Shown piece after piece: positions 48,551 to 64,000 of a DNA stretch of 64,000 bases (positions are counted from its first letter, which is position 1; every line of letters starts with the position of its first letter). Where the stretch lies: NCBI RefSeq assembly GCF_009914755.1, contig NC_060928.1. The stretch is one strand, 5' to 3'. Under the pieces are notes generated by a model. That model was not told the DNA's origin. It did no database searches and saw nothing but the letters and a program-made list of their open reading frames with translations. Origin of the DNA: the human T2T-CHM13v2.0 reference genome, Homo sapiens. The translations under genes and the position numbers were made by a program.

Positions 48551-48774
48551 CCTGCGCCCACTATCTGGCACTCCCTAGTGAGATGAACCCGGTACCTCAG
48601 ATGGAAATGCAGAAATCACCCGTCTTCTGCATCGCTCACGCTGGGAGCTGTAGACCGGAGCTGTTCCTATTCAGCCATCTTCAGGTAATAGCAGCTCTAT
48701 GTCAACATATTATATTTTCAATTTATGATGAGTTTATCAGGATATAACCCCATCGTAAGTTAAGGAGCAGCTGT

Positions 48775-50040
48775 ACAATAAAGAAGACCTGAACAAATGT
48801 GGAGACATACCATATTGTTAGATTGGAAGACTCAACATAGTAAATTCTCCCCAAATAAATATACAAGTTTAATATAATTTGTATCAAAATCCCAGCAAAA
48901 TCTTTTGTAGATAGACAAGATTATTATAATATTATATGGAGAAGCAAAGGAAGTAGAATAACTAAAAACAATTTTGAAAAAGAAAATGAGGAATCAGTCT
49001 ACCTAATATCGATACCTATTATATAGCAACAGTGATCAAGAGTGTATAGTATTGGCAGAGGGATAGACATAGACCAATGCAACAGAACAAAGAACGCAGT
49101 AGATAATGTCTAACTGACTTTTTACAAAGGTGCAAAAGCAATGTAATAGAGGAAAGGCAGCATTTTCAACAAATGGTGCTGGAGCAATTGGACATTCATA
49201 GGCAAAAAGTAAATCACAACGTAAGTCTTATATCTTTTTATGGTGGATGGGGGATGCCCAGACTGTCACCCAGACTGGAGTGCAGTTGTGCAATCTCACC
49301 TCACTGCAACCGCTGCCTTCAGGGCTCAAGCGATTCTCCCACCTCAGCCTCCTGAGACTACATGAGCATGCCATCACTCCCAGCTAATTTTTTTTTTTTT
49401 TTTTTGAGAGGGGATTTTGTCATGTTGCCCAGGCTGATCTTGAACTCCTGGATTCAAGCAATCACCTCACCTTGGCCTCTCAAAGTGCTGAGATTACAGG
49501 CATGGGCCACCACTCATGTAAGTCTTATATCTTACACAAAAAAATAAATTACTGACTTAAACATAAGACAAAACTAAAACTATAAAACTTTTAGGAAAAA
49601 AAAAGAGAAAATCCTTGAAAACCTAGGGCTAGACAACAAGTTCTTCAACTTGAAACTAAAAGCATAATTCATAAAAGGAAAAAATTAGTAAATTGTAATT
49701 CATTAAAATTTAAAACTTTTGTTCTTGGGAAGACCTAATTAAGAATAAGAAAAGGCAAGCTACGGACTGGTAAAAAATATCTGCAAACAACATAGCTGAT
49801 GAATGACTAGTTCCTATAATATATAAAGAACACTCAAAATTCAACAATTTAAAAAATCCAACTAAAACATGTGCAAAAGACATGAAGGGACATTTCACCA
49901 AAGAATATATACAGAAAGCAAATAAATAGATGCAAAGATGTTCAACATCATTAGTCATCAGGAAAATACAAATTAAAACCACAACGAGTTATCACTATAC
50001 ACCTCAGAATGGCTAAAATAAAAAATTGTGAAAACATGAA
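48775..50040 (+). mobile_element. Old L1M ORF2/3' remnant, last part
   Basis: GATTGGAAGACTCAACATAG, TTTTCAACAAATGGTGCTGGAG, CATTAGTCATCAGGAAAATACAAATTAAAACCACAA. Confidence 0.8.
49237..49517 (-). mobile_element. AluJ with eroded tail
   Basis: TSD GTAAGTCTTATATCTT at 49221-49236 and 49518-49533. Confidence 0.88.
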
Positions 50041-50289
50041 ATAAAACGGCAAGAATGAGTTCTAAATAATCATAGTTATAACAAATGTAAATTGTACTCT
50101 TGGTTTGGATGATAAGAAGAAAAAATAAAATCCAACAATGTGTTGTTTACAAGACCCACAGAGGATCAGAAATTTGGTTGATGTGAGGAAAAAGTCCACA
50201 CATTTGGAGTCAGAAGTGAATAAAAACAGCTCAGTAATTATAACTTTATTTTCAATTTCTGCAATTTATTTTCAATTTTAATTTTGTTT

Positions 50290-50945
50290 GCAGTGTGGTT
50301 CGGTCCACAAGACTACCCTCACTTCAGAGGCCAGTCATGAGTATTGGGTCTCCAGGTTACCCATATTTCTGTTCAACTTAATTTCAAATTCGGAGTCTCA
50401 CATTTCCCTCCCCTACAGGTTTAATACTTTGTAGAACAGCTCATAAAACTCAGGAAAGCAGTTTACTCATGTTTACTGGTTTATTATAAAGGATACAAAG
50501 CAGAAGCAGCCAAGCAGAAGAGATTCATAAAGTATGGGGAAGCAGGGGTAGAACGGTTCCATGACCTCTTGAGAGCATCCTCCCCTAGCACCTTGATGTG
50601 TTCACCAACCCAAAGCTCTCCAAATCCCATTGTTTGGGATTTTTATGGAAGTTTTATTATTTAGACATGGTTGATTAAATCATGGGCTGTTGAAGATTAG
50701 TTCAATCTCCACCTTCTTCCCCCCACCCCGAGAAATTTGGGGGTGGGGCTTAAAGTTCCAACGATCCAATCATGCCATGGGCTTTCTGGCAATCAACCCT
50801 CAACCTGAAGCTATCTAGAGGCCTCTAGCCACCAGTCATTTCACTCAAATACAAAAGATACTCTTATTATTCCTAAGATTCTAAGGGTTTTAGAAACCGT
50901 GTGCCAGGAACCGTGGACAAAAACCAAACTGTTTTTATTCTACCG
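50290..50945 (-). mobile_element. MER21-like LTR
   Basis: AACTCAGGAAAGCAGTTTACT...GGTTTATTATAAAGGATAC...GTGCCAGGAACC. Confidence 0.7.
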
Positions 50946-50979
50946 CAATTGCATATAGACTTTGGTATGCAACAAAAAC

Positions 50980-51073
50980 AAATAGATTAGAGAGAGAGAG
51001 AGACAGAGAGAGAGAGATAATTGATAGATAGATGACAGTTAATAGATAGAAGATAGAGAGATAGATGATAGAT

Positions 51074-51118
<45 letters not shown>
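50980..51118 (+). repeat. (GA)n/(GATA)n compound microsatellite
   Basis: Direct inspection. Confidence 0.95.
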
Positions 51119-51120
<2 letters not shown>

Positions 51121-51466
51121 CAGGGAAAAACAAAATTTACTCAGGTTGAACATTTGCATAACATATGACTTAGCAATTCCATGCCTAAGTGTATCTGCAA
51201 AAAAAAACTCTTGCCCATGAACACTGGGAGACATGCACTGGAATGTTCATAGCAGCATTGTTTGTAACAGCAAAAAACTTAACACCTTTTGGTAAGATAT
51301 TCAAATGGTTAAATGTTTTATAGCAGTAAAAAGTGAATGAAATGCAGCTATTATAGTATGGATAAATCTTAGTAATAAATGCTGAATGATAAAATCAAGT
51401 CTTCGAAGGCTACATGACTCTTTGAAGTTTAAAGACAGTCAATAATAAACAATGTATTGTTTTAGC

Positions 51467-51544
51467 ACACATATATACACATATACATATATACACAAAC
51501 ATATACACACAAACATATATACACACGTGTGTGTATATGTGTAT

Positions 51545-51575
<31 letters not shown>
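51467..51575 (+). repeat. (CA)/(TA) compound microsatellite
   Basis: Direct inspection. Confidence 0.9.
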
Positions 51576-51584
<9 letters not shown>

Positions 51585-52446
51585 TAAAAGCAAGGCAAAC
51601 ACAAAATTTAGGACAGCTATTATTTCCAAAGGCAAGCAGGGGAACAGGGTGAAGATAAGTACTTAGGTAGATGTAATTGTTATTGTTTTAGTTCTTGAGT
51701 CAGATGGTGAGTTAAAATTTAAAAGAAAAGCTATGCAAGAAAGGAATTAAGAAAGGTAAACTAGCTAGATATTAAACAGAAGAAATCAAGTATAGCAATT
51801 TTAATATTAGATTAAAAAAGAACAAATAAGATGTGAAACATCAAACGACAAATAGGGGTACGGTATACTAATATTAGAAATAATGGACCAAGAAGACTTA
51901 ATGATCATGAACCAATATGCAGTGAACCATGCAGGCTTAAATATATATGGAACAATAACTGACAGAACATGGGGAGAAAAAAAATTAGTCATTCTACATG
52001 CAGATTTGTGATTGTTAATTAATTTATTGGTTTAATGGTAATTTCTTTTTAAAATAATGACTTTCAATTCTAGAGAACTTTTTAATTGAGGTATAATTTT
52101 TGTGCAAAATAATTCACAGATATTTTAAGTCTTACGGTTAGGTGGGCATTGACAGATGAATATATATCCACATAATCTCCATATTCAAGATATAAATTCT
52201 TTCTGTTATCTCAGAAAGTTTCTTTGTGTCTTTTTTTTTCTGCTAATTCTCATTTCCTTCCCCCTCCAGAGGGAAGCATTGCTCTGAATTCTTCTCGTTT
52301 TTTGAAGATTTTTTTAAATGTATTTACTTTTGATTGACAAATAATAATTGTACATATTCATGGGGTACTTGGTGATGTTTTAATACATGCATTTTCTGAT
52401 GTAACTACCTCTGAAGATCTACTTGGAGAGTTTTTAACTCACATTT

Positions 52447-53139
<693 letters not shown>

Positions 53140-53787
53140 CCATTCTCAGAAACTGATTGCCCAAGTAGAGGAGGGAAAAACACATATAATATTTTAATCT
53201 CAAATTAATGAACATATAAACTCAAGCTAAGAAATCTACAGAATGTTATCCCACACTCAGAATATACACACCAAAATTGCCTATAGTATAGACTAACGAG
53301 TAAACCTATACAAAAACACAAATAAGCATTTAGAAATTCTCAATACTATTATATTATCACACTGATTATACACGGATAATAATCAAAATACCTAATGTCT
53401 GAAACTAAAAAATATGCTACTAAGCATAGGTGCACAAATTATGTAACCCTTTCCAAACTGCACTTCAGGCTTTCTCAGAGCTGCGTCTTTCTTTTCATAA
53501 ATTTTAATGTTTAGCTCTGAAAAACTAGATGCTCTTCTAACTCTGGCATAAAGCCCTTGCAAGGTAAGGAGCAAAGATTCCTACTTCCGGCTGAAGCTGC
53601 CAGAAGCAAAGAATATTCTGCATCATAAAACTAACCTAACGTTAATCGAACAAAGATTTGTAAGACACTCAGACTTCAGAGACTGTTGTTATATCCTGGG
53701 GAAATAGTGTCTCATCTCTAAGAAGTTTATAATGCTGATTGGTTGTCTTATTATGTGTTGCCCTGGTAATAATATTTAAATTGGCAT

Positions 53788-53960
53788 CTTTTTTTTCTTT
53801 TTTTTTATTTTATTATTATTATACTTTAAGTTTTAGGGTACATGTGCACAATGTGCAGGTTAGTTACATATGTATACATGTGCCATGCTGGTGTGCTGCA
53901 CCCATTAACTCGTCATTTAGCATTAGATATATCTCCTAAAGCTATCCCTCCCCCCTCCCC
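53788..53960 (-). mobile_element. Very short 5'-truncated L1PA3-type 3' end
   Basis: Poly(T)+TATACTTTAAGTTTTAGGGTACATGTGCACAATG; ends in the C-run; no TSD seen. Confidence 0.9.
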
Positions 53961-54574
53961 TACTTGTTGACTTTGTTAAACCAGAAAGAGATTATTGGCA
54001 CTTAACATGCCTAGCAAAGACAAGTAAAATGAGTTTTAGATTTCTATTTTACGCAGAGCCTGATTGAAAGTCTTTTCTTATTTAAATAAATGAATAACAC
54101 ATGGGTTAAACAAAATATCATGGGAAAAATTCTCAGCTACTTAGAACTGAATGATAATAATATATACTATATATTAAAACCTGTAAGATTCACCTAAATA
54201 GTACTTAGAGGGAAATTTAAGTCTTTGAATACATTGAAGGAAGATTAAAAACAAATTAACTATTTCTCTTTCTCTTTCTCTCTCCTCCAATCTTTTTCCT
54301 TTCTTCCCTTCTCAAATAATTCAGCCCTTAATGTATTAAATGACCCCAACAGAAGTAGGCATCCACGCCATAGGAATGGGGAGAGGGTGAGCCATGGTGG
54401 CCCAGAGCATGGAGTTGGAGTCTGAGAAGCATAAGGGCAACCATGCCGAGGAGTGGCCCAACTTAGCCAAGTGGGGTAAGGAGGTGGAGGTTTCCTCCAT
54501 CCCCATGGATCAGGATGTCAGAGCCTGAGTGAGGTGAGCAGGTCTATGCAAACCTAACTCTAAACACTGAGGGT

Positions 54575-54953
54575 GTTGAAAGGCCAAAGAAAGAGGTTGA
54601 CAAATACAGTTTCTCCGAAAAAAAATCTTTAATAGGGAGTTATGAACAGAAATGAGGACTCAAGTGACCATCAAATGGTGGAGTCCCCCACCTGCCCTCC
54701 AGAAAATATCCTTTATATAGCAAGCTTATATATCCTTTACAGAACCAGCATGTGCAGCTGGTTATGCCTCCAACTTTTCTTGCAAAACTTGTGACTGCTA
54801 AGGTGGTTAGATAAGCATCTTACAAGGGGTTATCTGTTGTTTAAAGTTCTTGCTACAGAACATGTTGATATAGAGGGGTCAAACATCAGACACCATGGCA
54901 GTTTCGATTCAATATAGTGTCACTCTTGCCATGCAACAGTCTGTTTTCCTACA
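54575..54953 (-). mobile_element. ERV1 LTR (MER89-like)
   Basis: Minus strand begins TGTAGGAAAACAGACTGTTGCATGGCAAGAGTG after purine tract AAGGGGTGAAG. Confidence 0.6.
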
Positions 54954-56015
54954 CTTCACCCCTTAACATTGGCCCTTACAATCTCACATACCTGCGTCTT
55001 TCACAATAGTCCCTGCACCAAGAGGGAGGGTGCTTAATGTTATATAGCTTTAATAGTGGTGCATTGGCAATGGAAAACAGAGCAGGCTCAGCAGGACTCC
55101 AAATGAAGGAGATTCACATGCTTTGTTGAATCATCTCTAGTCTTTGGAATACCATGGTTCTGGTTTCCTTGGAAGAAGAAAAACAATGAGAGATACATAA
55201 CATTAGTAATGTGAATAGCAGAAATAAAATGCACACAAGGATTACAATCAAAGAGAGAAATTCTATGTCAGAATAGAAAGAAAGAAAACCTTATTCCATT
55301 AGGGAGCCAACTAAAAACATCATGAAGAAAATTAAAACCGGGTTCTTCTTTAGAGATTTATTGTAGCCAGGAAATAATCCAAGATTTAACCCAAATTGTA
55401 GATAAATAATAAAAACTTAAAAACAATGGTCAGGGTTAAAATCTAATAAGCAGGTGTGCTTATTAGATATGGTTTTGTTCTGAAACATAATTTTCCTCTC
55501 TTCAGTCCCCCTTTTCTACCAAAAAGAAATAGTAAGACCAATTTATTTGCAAAATAAATTTTAGACTTATTATACTTGACCTGATAATTTGCATAAAGTG
55601 CAAGAATAGCAATTGGCCATATAGGCTCCTTTAAATTTGCCTTTGCTGGAACTTTTTCATAAGGATTTTGAGATTAAACTTTTAAAAGCCTCTAGATGTT
55701 TAGAAGCCAAGCCAAGGATTTGCCATCCTGTAATGCCTGTATAAATTGGATGAATTCCTTTCTTCTCAAGGTCTCAAAATATCTTGAGGTTCCTGGGCCT
55801 GTCAGAAAGTTAACACTCTTTACTTACCACAAGGTCAGGAATCTTGTAAGGTCAGGAATCTTGTAAGTGAAGCATATAGACAAGGTACCGGGCCAGTTTT
55901 CCAAGGGGGTTCGTATTGGCTCTGTAAAGTCAACCTCAATTCCTCAAAACTGTTTGGTCATATCTGAAAATTACCAATGTTTCCAGTGTGTCCTATTATA
56001 AAAGAAAACATTCTT

Positions 56016-57056
<1,041 letters not shown>

Positions 57057-57237
57057 TTACTGAAGTAATGCAAATAAATATATTGTTGTAAAAATAATAA
57101 TATTCTTGAATAGTTTAGAAATTTTGGAGAAATTCGGTACAGAGAAAGGTAAATGTTTCCATTTTGCTCATAAAAGTATAATTTACCCAATGGCTGTAAG
57201 CAACTTCTCTTTTTTTACTGTAGGTAAAATTTTCTTT

Positions 57238-57564
57238 TGTTGTCATTGTTTGTTTTTTGTTTGTTTGTTTTGTTTTGTGTTGAGACGAGGTTTTACTCCT
57301 GTTGCCCAGTCTGGAGAGCAATGGTGTAATCTTGGCTTACTGCAACCTCCACCTCCTGGGCTCAAGCAATTCTCCTGCCTTAGCCTTCTGAGTAGCTGGG
57401 ATTATAGGCGCATGCCACCCCGCCCAGCTGATTTTTGTATTTTCTGTAGTGACAGGTTTTTGCCATGTTGCCCAGGCTGGTCTCCAACTACTGAGCTTAA
57501 GCAATCCACCCACCTCGGCCTCCCAAAGTGCATGGATTACAGGCGTTAGCCACCACACCCAGCC
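57238..57564 (-). mobile_element. AluJ/old AluS
   Basis: (TTTG)n tail and dimeric Alu body. Confidence 0.9.
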
Positions 57565-58834
57565 ATAAAGTTTTCTTGACTCTGGAAAACAGTATATAAA
57601 AAGAATCAGCAATGTTTCAAACAAAAAGTCATTTTTAAAAAATCATTTTTTAGTCTTTCATCAGTTCAGTTCCATGTAATTCTTGTTTTGCTTGATGCTG
57701 AGTTAGCAATTTCATGAACACATCAATTTTTTATTAGAATTCCAGAAATTTTTACCTAGTCCAATGGTATGATCTCCGAAGTTATCCTTAAAACCTGTAT
57801 TCTTGATTAGTTGTCAGAGTCCTTCCCATTAATTTCCTTGAACACCAAACACTTTAGAATTTGCAAAAAGCTTTTAGAAAAAAAGCATCAGAATAAAACA
57901 ATTTACTGCATATACCAAGACATATAAGATTTTAGGACTCTCACAATTTCAGAATACATATTAATAACATAGTCTTACAAATACAACTCAAGGAAGCTAA
58001 ATATCATTTCTTATTTGACAATGTTTCCCATATAATTTTAACATACCAAATAAGCCAAATATGTCTCTGTTGGCCTTTCAGAGAGGGATTGGGGATTAAA
58101 CTAAGACCAGAGGACCTAGGAGTTCAAGTCATACAACTACTGGAAAGAAGAGCATGCGTGCCAAAGGAACAGCAAATGCCAACACTATCTGGCATGTTCT
58201 AGAAGCCATGAAGAGGTCGATGTGGCTGGGAGAAATAATAAGTGGGAGAGAAGGGAGCCAGGTAATGGGGCCAGATCATATAGGGCCTAGTAAGGAAGGA
58301 GAGAGGGAGAAAGAGAAGTGGGGTGAAGAAAGGTTGGCCAACATTTTGGGGGAATAAGTTTTTGTTAAAAACAGAAGAATATTGGCAATTTTCTCCTCTG
58401 TCCACATATCAAATAACTCTCTCAAAAAGCCTGATGGCTTCACTTGACATCTCAGAAAAAATTTACAGTAGCACACTTAGCAAAGCCTCCTGTTACCCTA
58501 GTTTTGTTTCTTCCATTTCATGAGGAGCTTAACAGCAGTGTGAGACACAAAACCCTGCCTGATTATGAACTAATAAATAAATAGAGTAAAATAAAATGAG
58601 AGCCTCGGAAACTCAGCAGCTTCTCTCTCAGTTGTAAATACTGTTCTTCTTCATCATTTGTCTGTGTTCCTGCGTGGCATTAGGTTGCTGCTCCAGACCG
58701 GTCAGGGGAATGGGTAAGACACACTGAGTTTCTATCTACCACTTCCTAGACATGTGACCCTCTGCTACAACCCCAGTTAGAGTCACTCTAATCTTGTCCC
58801 TGGACTGCAACAGCATCTTAACTGGTTCTCCTGA

Positions 58835-59992
<1,158 letters not shown>

Positions 59993-60009
59993 AGACCAGG
60001 TAACTACCA

Positions 60010-60590
60010 AAATGATATTTAAAGGTAAAATCAGATGAACTGTCTTTCTTAGAACTGTCCAGAGCTTCCCAATGACCAGAATAAACATCTACACTTCTTG
60101 ACACGGCATTCCAAGATCTACGTGAATGGACCAGCTTTTAAACTCTCCAGCACGCCTTGTTCTACTCACACCCAGCACCATGCTCCAGCCACTCTGGCCT
60201 CTTTCTTTCTCCCTAAAGAAGCCACACTTGGTTCCATCTCGGGTGCTCTGTGTCTGCTGTTCTTTGTGCTTGGCATGCTCTGCGCCCCCCAGCCTGCCCC
60301 ATCCCCCACGACAGCATGCTTCTCTCCTTCCCATTTTCAGTTCTCACCTCAGAAATGCCTGAGTGGACCACCCTAGCTAAAGCAACTGTCCCCAGTCAGA
60401 CCCTCTCCTTCACAATACTCTATCTTCTTTATACCACATATCACTGCTTTATTTCTGTGTGTATTATCTATCTCCTCCCATTAGAATACAAGTCCCTTAA
60501 TAAAGGTAGGGACTTCATCTGACCTAATCACTGCTATATCCTCAAGCCTTGAACAGTGCTTGTCCATAGTAAATGTTCAATAAATATATG
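60010..60590 (+). mobile_element. L2 3' fragment
   Basis: GGTAGGGACTTCATCTG...GAACAGTGCTTGTCCATAGTAAATGTTCAATAAATAT. Confidence 0.65.
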
Positions 60591-60824
60591 TGATGCATTA
60601 ATTACCATTACTTTCTGAATACAATCCAAATTTCTTATCATGAAAATCAAGTACTACATCATCTTCTGTTGGCTTATGTCTTCAGGCTCATCTGCTGCTG
60701 CTCCACCCCGCTCCAGGAAGCAACTGGGAGCCACTGTAAAGTATTGATGGTCTGGTAAGTCTAAAAAGAGTAACTCTAAGTATATGAATGGTTTCTATAA
60801 AGTCTTTACCACAATCCAAATACT

Positions 60825-60925
60825 GAGAGGGAGGGAAGGCGGAAAGTGGAGAGGGAGGGAGGAAGGAAGGAAAGTGGGGAGGAAGGAAGGGAGGGAGGGA
60901 GGGAGAGAAGGGAAAAAGGAAGAGA
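60825..60925 (+). repeat. GGAA/GGGA polypurine tract
   Basis: Direct inspection. Confidence 0.9.
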
Positions 60926-61100
60926 AACAGACTTGCATGTGTTGGACATGAGTCAGGGTGGGTAAAGGATATAAAAGCATCAAAATAAGAAGCTTACTTC
61001 TCATAGAGGGGGATTTGAATAAAGGGAAGAATTAGAATAAAGGATGGGGGGTTGTAAATGGAAAATTACAAAGATAGAAGATTTTACAAGTGTTATAAGT

Positions 61101-61468
61101 TGATATGGTTTGGCTTGTGTTTCCACCCAAATCTCATCTCGAATTGTAATCCCCACATGTTGAGCGAGAGAACTGGTGGGAGGAGATTGGATCGTGGGGG
61201 TGGATTCCCTCATGCTGTTATCATGATAGTGAGGGAGTTCTCATGAGATCTGATGGTTTAAAAGTGTGTGGCAGTTCCCACCTCATTCTTGCTCTCTCCT
61301 GCCACCATGTAAGATGTGCCTTGCTTCCCCTTCGCCTTCTGCTATGATTATAAATTTCCTGAGGCCTCTCCAGCCATGTGGAACTGTGAGTCAATTAAAC
61401 CTCTTTTATTTATAAATTATCCAGTCTCAGGTAGCATCTTTATAGCACTGTGAAAATGGACTAATATA
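61101..61468 (+). mobile_element. MSTA/THE1D-like solo LTR
   Basis: TGATATGGTTTGGC...GGACTAATATA; 5-bp TSD TAAGT at 61096-61100 and 61469-61473. Confidence 0.9.
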
Positions 61469-62447
61469 TAAGTATAAGCAAGGAAAGTGTCATAAGACAT
61501 TGGTAATTTGCTACAGAAGTTTACTTATGCATTTTAATTATTTAACTAGACAGGAATTACCTTTCTTCCTTTTGTGGAATCCCCAAAGCCTTGAGTACAG
61601 CATTCCTCATGCAGTGGACAGACAACAAATTCTTACTAAGCAAATAAATCAATGGATGAGAATTGAGGGTCTGTGGGGTAGAAAGGGATGAGAGATAGGT
61701 AGTTGACAGCACGGAAAAGCTCATTCCTTCTTTGACAAAATCAAGAATATCTCCATGGAGGTAATCCAAGGATCCATCCCAAGGTTGGGGTCAGACAGAG
61801 AATCATGCTTCAGCAATGGAAAAAAACATAGTGGAAAATTATTCCTGACAAGAGTGGATGTGAGCCTATAAGTGCACTCATCCATGTAGAGAAAAGGAAA
61901 CCTATACCTGGCCCTCTAACTGGAGCTACTGTATGCTTTCAGGGCAAAGAGATAATTTTTAAGCATTTGAATAGAAAACATTAACAAAACCACCACTGAG
62001 AAGCACAATATCTCTTCTATCCTCCCACTTCACTGCAAACAGGAAAATGGCTTCCAAGGTCAGCTGTAAGGGTAAGGTAAGATTGAACAGCAGCCAGAAG
62101 GAAAAGAGGGAATCTGCCTCTTTCAACATATTCTATGGAAATGCACTCCCAGAGCATCTGAAAAACAAAAACAAAAACAAAACAAAGAAACAAAAAAAAC
62201 AGTGTGCTAAGTGTCTAGGAACAGCAGGCTGATGAGGACAGGCTGCCCTGACTTCCTGCTCTGCTTTCTGCATCTGAGCCACACTTTCCCTTGGGCATGT
62301 CAACAGCACTTATGTCTCTGCAGATGAGCAGCTAGTACAGATGTTTAAAGTAAAAGCATAGCCTCAGTTTAAAAGCAAGAAGAGAGAGAAGATAAAGTTC
62401 TTCCTTTAAAAATAAGAAGAAAATCATTCCTGCCTACCTTCCTTCCT

Positions 62448-64000
62448 TCTTTTTTTTTTTTTGTTTGTTTTTTGTATGTTTGTTTGTTTGTTTGTTTTAC
62501 GTTAAGTTCTGGGATACAGGTGCAGAACTTGCAGGTTCATTTCATAGGTATACATGTGCCATGGTGGTTTATTGCACCTATCAACCCATCATCTATGTTT
62601 TAAGCCTCGCATGCATTAGGTACTTGTCCTAATGCTCTCCTTCGCCTTGCCTCCCATACCCCAACAGGACCCGGGGTGTGATGTTCCCCTCCCTGTGTGC
62701 ATGTGTTCTCATTGTTCAACTTCCACTTATGAGTAAGAACATGCAGTGTTTGGTTTTCTTTTCCTGTGTTAGTTTGCTGAGAATGATGGTTTCCAGCTTC
62801 ATCCATGTCCCTGCAAAGGACATGAACTCATTCGATTTTATGGCTGCATAGTATTCCATGGTGTATATGTGCCACATTTTCTTTATCCAGTCTATCATTG
62901 ATGGGCATTTGGGTGGGTTCCAAGTCTTTGCTATTGTAAATAGTGCCACAGTAAACATACGTGTGCATGTGTCTTTAGGGTAGAATGATTTATAATCCGT
63001 TAGGTATATACCCAGTAATGAGATTGCTGGGTCAAATGGTATTTCTGGTTCTAGATCCTTGAGGAATCACCACACTGTCTTCCAAAATGGTTGAAGTAAT
63101 TTACACTCCCACCAACGGTGTAAAAGCATTCCTATTTCTCCACACCCTTGCCAGCATCTGTTGTTTCCTGACTTTTTAATAATCACCATTCTGACTGACA
63201 TGAGATGGTATCTCATTGTGGTTTTGATTTGCATTTCTCTAATGACCAGTGATCATGAGCTTTTTTTCATATGTTTGTTGGCTGCATAAATGTCTTCTTT
63301 TGAGAAGTGTCTGTTCATATCCTTTGCCCACTTTTTGATGGAGTTGTTTGTCTTTTTCTTGTAAATTTGTTTAAGTTCTTTGTAGGTTCTGGATATTAGA
63401 CCTTTGTCAGATGGGTAGACGGCAAAAATTTTCTCCCATTCTGTAGGTTGCCTGTTTACTCTGATGATAGTTTATTTTGCTGCGCAGAAGCTCTTTAGTT
63501 TAATTGATCCCACTTGTCAATTTTGGATTTTGTTGCAATTGCTTTTGGTATTTTAGTCATGAAGTCTTTGCCCAGGCCTGTGTCCTGAATGGTATTGCCT
63601 AGGTTTTCTTTTAGGTTTTTTATGGTTTTGGGTTTTACATTTAAGTCTTTAATCCAACAATAAGACAAGCAGAGAGCCAAATCATGAGTGAACTCCCATT
63701 CACGATTGCTACAAAGAGAATAAAATACCTAAGAATACAACCTATAAGGAATGTGAAGGTCCTCTTTAAGGAGAACTACAAACTGCTGCTCAAGGAAATA
63801 AGAGAGGACATACACAAATGGAAAGAAATTCCATGCTCATGGATAGGAAGAATCAATATTGTGAAAATGGCCATAGTGCCCAAAGTAATTTATAGATTCA
63901 ATGCTATTCCCATCAAGCTACAATTGACTTTCTTCACAGAATTAGAAAAAAACTACTTTAAATTTTATATGGAACCAAAAAAAGAGCCCGCATAGCCAAG
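62448..64000 (-). mobile_element. L1PA8-type with 5' inversion (62448-63656 minus, 63657-64000 plus)
   Basis: 3'UTR TTTAAGCCTCGCATGCATTAGG; strand switch at ...TCTTTAATCCA|ACAATAAGAC...; runs off the window end. Confidence 0.88.

Noticed and set aside
48682-48692. ATTACCTG resembling the U1 snRNA 5' end (U1-L1 chimera)
   Set aside because: Only 7 matching bases and the rest of the insert is not U1.

Overview
Primate (human-like) genomic DNA made almost entirely of transposable elements; no host protein-coding gene, RNA gene or CRISPR array is supported. It holds two full-length L1PA2-type LINE-1s in inverted, convergent orientation (1324-7335 +, 42650-48681 -), an internally deleted L1MA, an L1PA7, a full-length L1PB, truncated L1PA3 copies, a 5'-inverted L1PA8, several Alus, MaLR/ERVL/ERV1 LTRs, a Tigger-type DNA transposon and STRs. 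Nearly all listed ORFs are L1/Alu-derived or chance ORFs. Main finding: the two inverted L1PA2 copies each have their own target-site duplication (separate insertions), yet share three ORF2-inactivating lesions (a 1-bp frameshift and two nonsense codons) plus many other non-consensus bases; a third, L1PA3-type copy shares one of the stops. A dead ORF2 should not copy itself in cis, so this points to local gene conversion between the repeats (possibly with inversion of the ~35 kb between them) or to a trans-mobilised defective L1 lineage. Several locally templated insertion scars are also visible. Subfamily names and 'consensus' states are from memory, not from a search.
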